Assembly: GCA_002633005.1 (NCBI GenBank)
Contig: NMRA01000143.1
Coordinates: 794,453-858,452, forward strand
Reading direction: 5' to 3'
Source of the DNA: Phoronis australis
Lineage: Eukaryota; Animalia; Phoronida
Length of the DNA stretch: 64,000 nt
Shown here: in pieces, positions 1 to 12,562 of the stretch
How positions within the stretch are numbered: position 1 is the first letter of the stretch
Layout of the letters: each line of letters opens with the position of its first letter
Program-made: the position numbers and the translations under genes
The notes under the pieces: model-generated
What the model was told of the DNA's origin: nothing
The model's input: only the letters and a program-made list of their open reading frames with translations
Database searches by the model: none

Positions 1-39
1 ATATTGTAGGTAGTCCCAGAAACGTTGAACACAGAAGCA

Positions 40-1740
40 TATGATGGGCCGTTGGTGGAAAAGTGTCGTCTGAAAAATACGAGCGCAATTATGTACAATT
101 ACGCCGTTATTTACGCCGTTAATTACGCCGTAAAATTACGTGCGTAATTTAAATCTTTACGGCGTAAAATTACGATGGTAATTTAGTTTAAACTCTTAGC
201 CAATGACGTTCGGTTTTACAACTCACGGTCGCGCGCGCTCATGTAAATACTTATTAACTGCTTGGTTACGTGTCTACGCAACGAACGCTCAATCATGGCG
301 AATCATTGGCTCGCCAATGTTCTCAAAACAGGAAGCCAATTCAATTATTTAAGATGTGTGCTCTTTAACAAATATCCCTTCGTAGCAATATTGCTTTTTC
401 GCGTATGATAGGTTAACACTGATTGGTTTAAATTTGGAACGCTCTTAAGGTATTTTACGAGCGGAATTTAAGGTGACGTTTATCCCATTTAATTTACGAG
501 CGTAATTTTACTGCAACACCTTTTCAATAGCTCACTTGCGAGTTTCTAGTTTGTCAACGTGACTTCACCTGAAGGAGGGCAAAACCCGCCATATTGCTCT
601 TGTTTTGCCCCGAGTCTGTGCTACACACGCTAAATTTTACTGGAGTTCTTATGGTGAATTTTACGCTTAAAACGGTATCACAACTTAAGAGATGGTGGAA
701 GTATCGTGGAACAACTGTGAATGGACGAAGAAAATATGAACTTGTTATGTTGTGCGAAGCTAGTGTAAACGGACTGAAATTGGAGCTCAACCCGGTCTAG
801 GCCTGAATGCCGCAGGCATACAGGGGCCATAGTATATCCCCCAAAAAGTTACTCACTTCAAAATACAGCAAATAAATCAATTGAAATATGCATATTTTGT
901 GCACATGGAGTTATAATTAACACATACCCTGTCTCTGGATACAATTTAATCTTCAAATAACTTGAACATAGCCATGGAAACCTCGCGGTTCGCTGATTTC
1001 TCTCACCGGGCGCCATTTTGAGGAAGTTAGATGAAATCATGCCTGTTAACGAACAAAAAGTCCAAGGGACACAAATTTTACAAATTTCACTTGATATTTT
1101 CTCATGCTATTTTGCAAGTGTCACGCGCCAGGGCACGCGCTTCGCTTAGTCTCGCGTTAGCCTTTGCCTCATACTCACCTGACTGAAATACACGTACTTC
1201 GTGGTTATCGCGCGCGCGGTCAAAGTTAACAGTAACCACAAAATGGAGTTGGAATTCTTCGCCTAAGTCACCTGATCCCCGTAGCTATGCTTCATCGAAG
1301 ATACGTTTAGAAGCAGAAAGGATCACTGAAGAAAGCAAGCGCCTTGTTAGGTGATAATTTTAGGTGTAGAATGTATTTTTGACGAGATGAAAACTTAATC
1401 AGTGAGCGGATTTCGCCTACCGCCCGCTTAAAATACACGGGGCGAAATTAGTACAGAACGCGATAGAATGTATTGTATTGCGAATCTGAATTTCATTTGC
1501 CATAACAGCAATACTTGTTTGGCATTTTTCGGACAAAACGGTTAAAAACTCGAAGTAAACAACACTCTCTTGGACAAATGGCCAAACGACAAGCTTTTGA
1601 CCCACTTCCCGTGACGTCACAGTTAAGTCTCAGATAATCTCGCGTTATTGTTATAATCTCGCAAAAAGACTACTAATTTACGCTCGTAATTACCAGCGTA
1701 ATTTTACCGAAAATTTCCACTCAACTGCCCACGATAGAAG
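40..1740. repeat. Degenerate repeat complex with TTACG/CGTAA-rich arms and inverted ends
   Basis: aattacgccg-type microrepeats at 88-185, 452-512 and 1672-1712. Segment 40-70 is an imperfect inverted match to 1706-1735. A hairpin next to CTAG lies at 797-830. Confidence 0.35.
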
Positions 1741-4700
1741 CGGCTGTAAAACAAATGTTGAAAAATCTGTACCTGACGTCACAGTAAACGTCATTGGACG
1801 TCTTGCGCAACACCAACAATAAATAACATCTTGATTGCATTGGTTCGTTCGTGGATAAAAATATTGAAATATTATCAAATTTGTGTTCGTCGGCAAGATC
1901 AATGGACGACTGCAGAGTTTTTATTTCGCCTTCTGTGCGGTAAATAAAGGGCACGTGGTTATCTGGTTTCAAATAAAACTTGTGTATCAACCCCATTTTA
2001 ACCAGTGGGTTGGATCTATTGATGAACAAATTTATGATATGAAAGTATTTATGCATATTAAGAGAAGTTTTAGTAAAAACACGCAAACTGTGAATTTAAT
2101 GGCCTCAGTCAAATTACATTATGGATTTTATCCCATACGCTTTGAAAAAGTTGAGTGCAATACGACCATGTATTGTTTTCCGTATCGTACTCCAGGGTCT
2201 TTTGCCCTCTGGCAATGGTAGGTCAATGTCAACTCGACGTCGTTAGCCGGTTCGATCACTAAACGTTCCCCAAATAGTTTAAAGTAATAAAATTGCATCA
2301 GTATAAATACCAATCAACATGCAATCAGGTCCCAAACATAACATCTGTTACAAAACTGTTAATTATAACACACTTCTGTTTTATTTGGTAAATATTTTAT
2401 CGTCTGCACCTCAGACGCCGTTTCCTCGGTAACTACAATGTTAAATATTGTTGTTACTGACATACAGTGTATTTTCAGGAAATTTTACAAGTTCAATGCA
2501 CATTTATGGTTGTTTTCATCTTTGTTACCTCTTTTCAAGTAAAAAATCGCCACATTTATAACTGTTTCTTTTACTAGACGAAACTAGTAACAAAACGCGC
2601 AAGTACTGAGATGTGATCCGCCACGAGAACAGTTTCAAAAAATCGGCCTAAAAATGAAAGAGACTTAAGAATTTGAACCGTACGGGATAAATGCAAACGT
2701 ACCTCGCATGGCGTAGATGAAATAATATCCCATTCGACATTATTCCCCGTACCGACCTCGACCTTCGGTCTCGGTACATTTTGTGTATTAATTCTCAAGA
2801 ATGCTTGGTAGCGGTCTGGGGATTTTCGAGCAATTTTGTCCACATCAGGAAGTCACATTTTCTCAGTTTTTCTTGGAAAACCGAGAACTACTCACAATTA
2901 TTTTGAACATTTCTGGTTGTTAGTAATATTTTAAGCACAAATCCCACTGCAAATTACACGTACTTTAACGGTGCAGACGTGATTGTGTACGGCATTTGGC
3001 AGCCTGAATTCGTTGAATGCACTATCGGGTTGTCTTGTTGAATGGATCTAATTTGCATACGGCATGTGGTCATTGTGCACATATTATCTGAAACTGTGGA
3101 CGACAGTTATGGATTTTTAAGTGCTGTTATTTACTACTGTTGATTAAGATCGCGATATTTAGTGAGTGTACACGTACATGCAGACCAGATCTCTTTTGAA
3201 ATAGTTTACACTTAGCAGCAATAGTGATTGCCAATTTCGTCGAAGCCTGTTAATGGATGAGCCACTCAGAGGCCACCACTGGAAGAGCCCAACAGACGAG
3301 GGAACTGTAGATGGAGCAAAACCGAAAATAATGCGCTTGTCTTGTAAAATATTGAAAATAATTGCAGGATACCAAAGAAGTTGTAAACAGATTAGGTATT
3401 AGTACAACCTAAATAAGCTGAGTAAAAGGTGAGATGTGATTTTACAAAAACATACTCTTGATATATAGTCATCATATAGCCTCCATTTTATTCACCTAAT
3501 CACGTAGTTTATGTCGCTACTACTTGTGTTCGCTATTGACAAGGTCCAACAGTGACAACAACGAATTTGCGTGTTGTGCACCTCCTTCCGTGTCAGAACT
3601 AACAACTAAAGAGCGAGTCAGTTTTATGTATTGGCCCAGAAGTAGAGTCATGAGTTATGTTCATATTATTTTGCCGGTTCAGACTTAAAATGGAACTTGC
3701 ACGCTAATTCCTTATCTCTGTGATTGCGTGGTAAAATTAGTTAGAAACACAACATGCATGTATGGCGATGATGGGAATATGAAATAGGTTGAAAATTTCT
3801 AAATATTGTTAAGAACGAGTTTGGTGTCGAAAATGATCCGCCGTAAATCACTCAACCGTGTTCAGTAAGTATTGTGAGATGTTGGGGAAGAACACTGCTT
3901 GATGCTGGCTACGGGAGCTCCTAAGGTACATTGTGAACATCATTAGCGCAAAAGTCACCTATTTGCAGAATTTTTTGTTTTCACATTTACAAGTTGTCAA
4001 TGAATAGAACTGCACTTTGTTTTGCGAGATGATGTTCATTGCTTAGTTCCTGCTTCACATTAGCATGCAAATACATCTTCAATGACAACCATTGTAAACG
4101 TATTGTACGAACAGTTCTAAAAATTACGTGTGCGCAACTGCATCTTATGAATTTAGACGTTGAGTAAGATATTGAGTATCGGTGCAAGTGAATTAGACAA
4201 ATCACTGTTTTAACCATCACCACGATGCTCAAATAAAAATTTAAATACTTGGCGTGGCGAATTACGATGTGGTACTCCAGCGACACCATAAGCTTTCACA
4301 GCTAAATGTAAACATGTGAAACACGAAGGACAGTGGATGTATTCTCATGTCCGTTGACGACATAGGGCTAACCTGTTGCTCCTTAGCCCGTGCCCTGGGG
4401 TTTACATATAGGATATCCCACATACATGGAAATACTACTGCCACATCCTATCGGTCTCCTTGGGACATTCCCAGATGAAATGAACTCGAGATAGGATATC
4501 GCAGGAGTATTCTTACATGTATGTATGTAGGACAATTTATCCCGTAATACACACCAGCGATAGAAAGTTGAGGAACGCTGTGAGCAGACGTTTGTGTGAA
4601 AAAAGTCGTAGTTTCTTGTAAACCCCTTAGCTCTCAGTGTATATATACTTTATGCACCCATAACGAAACGTTTTCGTTGGATTTGAATTAGATTTTGGCT

Positions 4701-5859
4701 GATTTTTTTGGCCGGAGACGCTTTTTAGATTGATCTATTTATGATGGCCCAGATTGAAAAAAGCGAGGCCTAAAACTAGGCGCCTGGTTTCGGCGTGTGT
4801 CGAAAATTTCATTGGTAATTTTTTCTGGTCTTCTAGAGCAGTCAAACTGCTTTCTCAATAACGACGCCTTGGATAAATGATTAAGGGTAACCCAAGGGAA
4901 CCAGCTCGATCAAATTTGGTGTTGTACATGCGAATTTACTCCACCAGGAGACTGATCACCAACCGTGAAATACAGCTTTTACCGTTGTATTCGGTTTCTA
5001 CCGTTGAATACTTATAGACTGATACTTCCCCGTATCCTTCGGCAGTTAATAACGTGACGTACATGTATAAAACACCCGCACTTTCACGTATTTTATTATG
5101 AGATAAAATATGTTTTTTCACGTGCACGGCTATCGATATCTTATATACGAGTTTATGCAATAAGATGAAGACTTTACACCTTATTCTTCGCTTAGTTGGG
5201 AAAACGGAAGTGGCCCGTTGCCAATAAATGTTCGCAGAGAAAATGTGTGCTGCATAGCTCACTGTAACCTACATGTGCCTAACATATTTTGCAAGTGCTG
5301 TACTGTGCAGTTAATTTAAAAGTTATTGTCGAGGAATCAGTACTGATTTTAGATCATTACTCGAAACTATATCAAAACGTCACCAAACACAGATTGCAAG
5401 ACGAGTTCTATGCTACCACGCATGAAAAAAAGCTTGAGAGATGCCGGTCGATGCCTGCAGTCTCCGGAATAGGACCCATATTTAGATAACAGCAGCGTCG
5501 TCTAGCGTTCAACAGATTCACTGAGGTATATATAGCCTCCACAGGTGTCAGACCACCAGTCCTGACTCGACTTCCCTGATGTGAGAATGCCAGTTCCAAG
5601 GAAGATGCCTCCACCTATTAGTGTTCGTACTAGTTGGAGTTATAAAAAACAAATAGAGCAATTCAGTGAACTGGGACAACGCACTCGATGTGTTGTGCAC
5701 AAACTACAATGGTTCTACATGCATGGAACGGGCACGCTTTCACGAGGCATCGTTTCCTTAACAGCAGTGCAGAACAAGCATTTTCGCATCGCCACCAACG
5801 TGAGCATGTAATGAATAATAGGATCGTCCCAGATTACCGCGATAGAACTCTCCTCAAAG

Positions 5860-6085
5860 ACCTAGTTATGGCATGTCTGGCACATTTTCGAGGTGTATGG
5901 CCGTAGTAATATTCTCGAATTGACCTGTTTAAAAGTACCGTTTAAAAGCACTGGAATTGAAAAAATAGCATAAAGAAAGGGAATTCTGTTACGTTCAACA
6001 TTAACCCGGCAGATTTGCTTTATCCACTCGCTCGGTCTGTTCTTATTGATGTCGGGAAGGCGAAGAATACATGTCACGAAATAAC
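5860..6085 (-). pseudogene. Decayed THAP-domain fragment (transposon-derived)
   Basis: Minus strand gives FFAFPTS and, after a frameshift, EWIKQICR. It shares ttcttcgccttccc with the THAP MITE near 62770. Confidence 0.35.
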
Positions 6086-6088
6086 ACG

Positions 6089-6506
6089 TACCAGGATTTT
6101 GCGCATTCGGAAAATGAAAAATTTCAGGCGTTTCGGTATCACCAAATAAATGCCAGGGCGTTTATTCGGATAAGGGGACGTGTAAACGGAAAGTCATAGC
6201 CTCGGTTGGTATGAAAATATCCGCACTTTTTGATAAAACTGTGATATTTAATTTTAAGTCAATAAATATATAGTTTGTCGATACTTTGTTCATTTTTATA
6301 AATGATAAATGCTTCACAGAACTGACTTTTTGACGCTGAGTGGACTTTTAAGAGGACATTTTCCGAATAAACGCCTAACTATCTGGACGCTTGACACAAG
6401 TTGTAGCACCAAATAAACGCCCATAGGCGAGTATTTGGCATGATTTTCCGAATAAACGCCCATGGACGTTTCATTGGGTTGACTTGTCCACGGAAAATCC
6501 CAAGTA
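6089..6506. mobile_element. Tigger/pogo-type MITE
   Basis: TA-flanked imperfect TIRs (taccaggattttgcg ... cggaaaatcccaagta) and repeated ccgaataaacgcc subterminal motifs. The left end is homologous to the reverse complement of about 60450-60539. Confidence 0.55.
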
Positions 6507-7645
6507 TACATGTATCCATCGGAGTTTTAGCCACGCCACAACAGAAATACTTCTTGGACCAATAGAGAAATTCAGTCGAGAAAAACTAGACAATAGAATG
6601 CGACAACACGCAGAACCCCAATGACGCGATACAGAAGTGCATGGCGGATATGGTGCCATAGTGGATAAATGCATCGAGATTTGACTGTCGCTGTGCGATA
6701 CAGGAAGGCTCTATTACGCACATTCTACGTAAGTTTCTCACGTGAATGAGCTTTTTTCGAATACAGACAAGTTCAACGAGCGGTGTTACCTGGTATAATA
6801 ACGAATTCAAAGCTTTGAACCTGTAATGCCCATATATATAATACTCCGTCGTGAAATCACATAATCAAAGTTTGCAGACTTCGCTGAAAAACGGAAATTA
6901 AATACATAAATTAAATTTTTATTTCTCAATGATTAGCTCACTGAATACGAAAATTCAATGACGCCTTTTACTCTCACATAATCGGTGGTCTCTCTTACCC
7001 TTTTACATACATGTACCTACAATTACCGACATTCGAATCATCGGTGACTCAGGAAAAGGCTCAAGTTCGTACTTTATTGGACTTAACTAAAATAACGATT
7101 TTAAAAATGGCGCATGCATTGTCTATGCCTTGAGTTGCCGAAGAATTGAAATATTGTCATAATGACTCAATACCGAATATGTGAGACTAAACGGCTTATT
7201 CAATTTTTGTTTTTAAGCCACTCTTTAGACAAGGCAAAATACAGCTTTAAAGCTTTCAGTTAATGTTGGTGGAAACAATAAATGTCGAGTGATACTTTGC
7301 ACACATCTAAAAAACATAGCAAGATGTTGTAAAACAGTTACCGTCCCATGAACTGGAAAAATATCAAGAAAACTTTTTCGCTCTTTACCGAAATGGCTGG
7401 TGAGGTAGACGTCAAATAACAGCCATATGTAAAATGCAAATATGAAAAAAAACAACTGAATCCGATTTCAAGGCCGTTGTGTTCTAGTGTCATACGTCCT
7501 GCACGCCGCAAAACTAAAATAAGTGCATGGTTTAGGGTGTTATTGAAACTCGTTTCTCTTTATGGGAGATGAACAGATAGTGCAATTGATTTCATAACGC
7601 TGGTGTGTACTTGCTGACTGCCGAAAACTCCACCTAACTTTGACC

Positions 7646-8196
7646 CTTGCCGGTCCCCTGCGTGAAGAGAACACGCAGGTATCATTCAGTAGCACGCGTT
7701 TTATTACTGATTGATGTAACCTCGGCAGTCATTGGTTAGCTTTACAACGAAGCAGAAAGGAAATGGCTGACTATGAACGATTTTTTAGCCTTGTCATGCA
7801 GGTGGCGTAACAGCAACTATTTCGTTTCTGCTGTAATGCTTAAGAGCCGCGTGCTTGAAGCGCATGCATGTACAATAAACACACACCTGGCCGATTTTAC
7901 CGGTGTGTTATTCATACTGTGTGAATACAGGACAGCTACGTAAACGAAAGTCAGCGACAGTAGAAAAATGCACTCCGGAAAGGCGCAACCACAATTTTTT
8001 CTGATTCACATCTCTCAAGTTGAACATGAATTAAGCACCGATTTGTCTGTACATGTATAACAGACCACATTTACAATTCCTTCATCAGTCATGCCAGTTC
8101 GTTTGCGTAAATTCGACAAGCCAATTAGAAACGCCGGTGTAAAAGAAATCCCGAGGAAAGTTAATGATACCTGCAGACATGCACGGAACCAGCGAG
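7646..8196 (+). mobile_element. Non-autonomous TIR element, copy 1 (family shared with 38994-39487)
   Basis: Colinear with 39003-39490 over about 500 bp, from agagaacacgcaggtatcattca to ggaaccagcgag. Confidence 0.7.
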
Positions 8197-8760
8197 AACT
8201 TTGACCATGACTGATATACACGAGTGACCTCAACTTGTTCCTTATTCAGACTGTAATTCGCCATTGGTTGAAACCAGTTGAATTGACCATTAGGCCAAGT
8301 ACTTTGTAACGGACATTCAATTAATCCGAAACTGTGGGCAATTTTTAGTAACAAGGTTGATTAATTACGGTTTTATGATCAGTAGGTTTGAGTTCAGTTC
8401 GTATCTGACCTAAACAGATATCCACATTTTCCCAAAAGTCCTGGTTCGGGTGTTACCCTGGCACAGGCAAATACCTGTTTTGAGGCATACTTACTGAAGC
8501 TACTGAAAAGTTTGTCCACAAGCAAGTTTTGAGAATTGTTGCTTTGTAACCAAATTTTATGAACGGCCAAATGGGTACTTTCAGAAACTAAACCGCGTGG
8601 TGGCGCTTCAGCCAAGCCAGTAAAGACTCACAAGCTAAGATTACCCTACCGTTTGTGGTCACGGCACAAAAGTGTAGCAACTGAAGAATAAACTAGGCAT
8701 TTCAACTTCGTTGTACATGTAAGTCGCAAGCATCTGGTGAATGTCGTTGGCACCAAATCA

Positions 8761-8962
8761 AAGGAGACTGTGGCCTAGCTAAAGTGTCCATCTTTTGCCT
8801 TACTCAAGCTCGTGGGTTCTCTCGGCTAGACCCTTGAGTCATTTTTCTAGCTTCTCAGCTGGGCTTTAACTATGTATTAATATAAAATGCTTCCAGGTGA
8901 TCAGTGCAGTAGGCTCACCTGATCGACCGGTGCACGTCTGATACCACGCCTGCAATATTTTT
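8761..8962 (+). mobile_element. tRNA-derived SINE, copy 1 (degenerate head)
   Basis: Homologous to the reverse complement of 59104-59336 (tgtggcctag, cccttgag, tttctagct, ttccaggtgatcagtgca, cgcctgcaat). Confidence 0.65.
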
Positions 8963-9667
8963 GCACCAAATTCTAAATTCATCTCAAAAGTCATTTTACT
9001 GTGTTGCACAAAGTAACAAAGCTAATAAATGTGCAAGAAATCCGAGTTTGTTTATGCCCTTATTAACGTTAACCCCGGTGGACGACATAGATGTGCAAAC
9101 GATCAACATTTAAAAAAAAAACGGATACAACATGACAGTTGCAAGCTTCTGAATCAATACAATATCCGGAAACCTCCACGTATTTACAACGGCGAGTGTT
9201 CTCTTCTTCGGCAACTAGGCGGTTACTAAGGCCCGTGACTATAAAGACAACTGGCCAACACGTCTATCTCAGTGGCAGCCTTAACTGTTGCACAAAATTT
9301 TTCATTTCGTTTACTCTGAACATGAAGGAAAGTTTCAACCATGACTGTGCACATAGGCTTCCTAAACTGCATAATCCAAATCAGTAGAGGGCGGTTGCCA
9401 GAAATATGTTTACAGGTTATTTCTAGTTGATTGAAAGTGCGTATGCACAAGCAAATCATGTGTCTCATCATTCTAATAAAGTTTAAATGGATGAGTGTGA
9501 CGTCAACACCCCTGAAACATAGTAATACGCAACTGAAACACAATTCAGTGTATTTTTCAGGTCTTCTTCCAAAAGTGTATTCACTTCTAAAAGCAGAAAC
9601 ACTTCTGCTTGAGGAACTCGGGGATATTCCTAGGAATGAGGAAGTTGAATAACTGACATTCCTTTAA

Positions 9668-11298
9668 AGGAGCATGCCACCCAAAAAACAACCTAGTTTG
9701 TATCAATTTAGATCGAGTAGTTCTACTCCATAACGACACGTGCGGTTGCGTTACCTGACACCTGACGGCAGACGGAGGTGTTGAAATTATCCAATGACGT
9801 CATCGGTTTCACACGCAGTCTGTTCAGCAGTTCACAACACGGGTTACTGGTGTCAGCTTATCGCTTGAAGTCATCGTTTAACACCAATAAATCATCAAAC
9901 TTCGATGTGAAACCCTTAAAAATACACCGATTTCTTATAAAAACGTGTTGTTTTATTTCGCTCTTACGGATATATTGGTATTTGGACACACCGTAGCCTA
10001 CAAAGCTCGGCAGGCCAATAAGGTCCGTAGCAGGAGTTTGGGGTCTGTTCGGAGATAATTTCGAAGTATTTTCCGTGAGATACAGACAGGAGAACCTAGA
10101 TCTGTGTTGTTTAGACTTGTGATTTTTTGAGTTCTAAACACAAAACGCTTGTTATCCTGGCCAGTGGCTCGGAGCCCGATCAGGCCCGTCGCGGCCGGCC
10201 GGATTGACTCGTTATCCCTGCCAGTGGCTCGGAAACTGATCAGACATCACGAACATAAACCAGCCAAAGTTCAGTAGAAATACTATACTAGTGAGCCAAA
10301 GTAATGTGCACCTGATTATGATGGTGAATTAGCCACGAAACTGCAAATCTACTTACTCGTCGGGGTCCGCGAATTCAGGTTCCGCTTTGGCCACAGCACC
10401 GTCAGGGCAGAAGTTGTACATTGACAATCATTATTTGAGTAATGTAAATGTAAATAAAGATTCCCCTAACACCTGGCCGTGGGATGGAAATCGAGATGTT
10501 TCACAACAGTTTCTTCCAGCAAACACTAAATTAGCATGAGCTCACACGGCCTCGGTGTCCTGTCAATTAGTTTTATTGCACCTAAAGCCGGTAACGCAGT
10601 GATTTCTTCATTGCTGGCTTCTCAAATCATTTGCACTCACGAACACTCCAAAGGCATTAAAAATTGCATCTAATGAGACAGACTTTGTTTCAGTTTTATA
10701 TAAGTATTGGTTAGGGTGAGAATAATTCATTTTGAAACAGGACGCTCAGTAATAAACGCCCGGCAACATGGCAACTCGCAATCCCGACTTAGGACGAGCT
10801 AGAGCTCATCAGTCCCGACTTCACAGGTGGATCGTTAAGTTTTTCACGCTATCAATTCGAACAGGAATACAGTGATGAAGAAATACTAGAGAGGCGCCGT
10901 GAACAAGCTGGGACAACGGAGCGTATGGAGTTATTTGGTAAGCCGGCATTCGTCAGGCACAGTCGACGTCTGCAGGCCACAGACACGGAGATGTTTCACG
11001 GCCTCATACTTGCTATTTACAGCGTACATTTCATTATTCACTACCACGAGCCACTTCCTAAGCATTTCGGACTCTCGAGGAAGTAAAAAACGATATACCC
11101 GCTTTCGGGAACGATGCACCGCAACATAGCGGCATTCACTCTGCATATGAACCACTGACGTCGCTAGCGTCGTTTCTCACCTTCCTCACAGGTTAACGCG
11201 ACACCTCTTGGCAAGGTAAGGTCGACGTATGCGAGACGAAGTGGATATAGACCGATTAAGACGGCAAAAAGACTAATTAAATCGGGTGGCATTCTCCT
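9668..11298 (-). mobile_element. Kolobok-type non-autonomous DNA transposon (1631 bp)
   Basis: TTAA|AGGAGCATGCCACCC ... GGGTGGCATTCTCCT|TTAA gives 15-bp TIRs with one mismatch, purine termini and a TTAA TSD. It contains a THAP remnant. TTAA TSD plus THAP is characteristic of Kolobok. Confidence 0.8.
10931..11155 (-). pseudogene. THAP-domain remnant inside the Kolobok element
   Basis: ORF contains PRESEMLRKWLVVVN and KHLRVCGL, matching the THAP P...W...vCxxHF pattern. It lies near one terminus of the element. Confidence 0.55.
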
Positions 11299-12477
11299 TT
11301 AAGTGTTTCACACTGCGACAAGGATAGCATGAATGCTAGCAACGACAATGAATACTTCTGAGATCTCTCCTAAATAAACGGTGCTAATGAAAAATTCTGT
11401 CGACACTCCAAATGACATCAAAAGGAAGAGACGACCAATGGACCACAGCAAGGAATTTTTAATAAGTACATGTAATCTCCTGATCTCACTGCCATAGCCA
11501 ATTTCTAGTTGACATGGAGCCCATTACTTCCCGAAAAAAGTGTCTCTGGGAAACTATGAACACGTCGGTACCACGCCAAAATCCATGTTCTAATTAGTTA
11601 AAACTAACAAATGTCTTCAAATTTCAAATCCAATTATTTAAATATACACCAAAGTAACAAGTTGCAAAATGATTTTGTAGCCTGCAGATGTGGTTGAGAG
11701 GAAATTCGTGAGGAACTGAGAAGTCAAATGAAGGACAGACTCGTTATAATCATGCACAATGATGTAGAACTGAGCCACTGGAAAATTATAGCACTTCTTT
11801 TACAGTATGTGTAGGCAGGTTGAGACCAAGTCTTGACTGCTTAAAGACATTTCCCCCTTTCGCAGAAAATAAGCTACGTATGAGAAATAATGACAAGCTA
11901 ATTGCACCTACATAACATTAATACCGATCAAGTCACTATTATTTTGTATACGGACTACTATTACAATACTCAAATGGTATTATTTTTACCATGCGGCATA
12001 GTATATCACATTACATTCCAATTCTAAGCAAGTTACCAAAACTTATTGTCCGTTCAACGTAGAATGTAATGAATCCAGCTAGTTAAGCGTATTTATATTT
12101 TGTAGTAATAACATTGAATCACAGTACTGGTGGGGGACGGACAGCGGAACGGCGACAGACAGTCTTAGAGCACGCTTCATCTTTAGTAGCGTAGTTTTTC
12201 GTGGAGCCTGAGGTCACACCAGGTCACTGTCCTTTAGAGTGGGTGAGAGGGGTTATGGGAAGTAATGACCAGGCGTTAATTAATTGTTGCGCGCATTGAT
12301 AGCTGGTAAAACACTAAATGAGATAAGCACTTTTACATTTGTATAGCTTCTGATAATCGGAACTTCTATCGAAAGCTATGGAACGCCCACGTGTTCTTTT
12401 GAGAACACTTACATCACTAGCTCAACAATAGCGCGAGAGAATGAGACGTACCCGTACGAAAGAGTGTAATGCAATGG

Positions 12478-12562
12478 CATGGGCGGCGCACCATAGGGGG
12501 CTGGGGGGGGGGGGGGCTACAGCTTTCNGCTTTCCACTATTTTCAGTGCTGCGCCGCCTATG
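12478..12562. mobile_element. Short hAT-like MITE with 5-bp TSD (AATGG)
   Basis: aatgg|CATGGGCGGCGCA ... TGCGCCGCCTATG|aatgg. G-run interior with an N at 12528. Confidence 0.7.
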
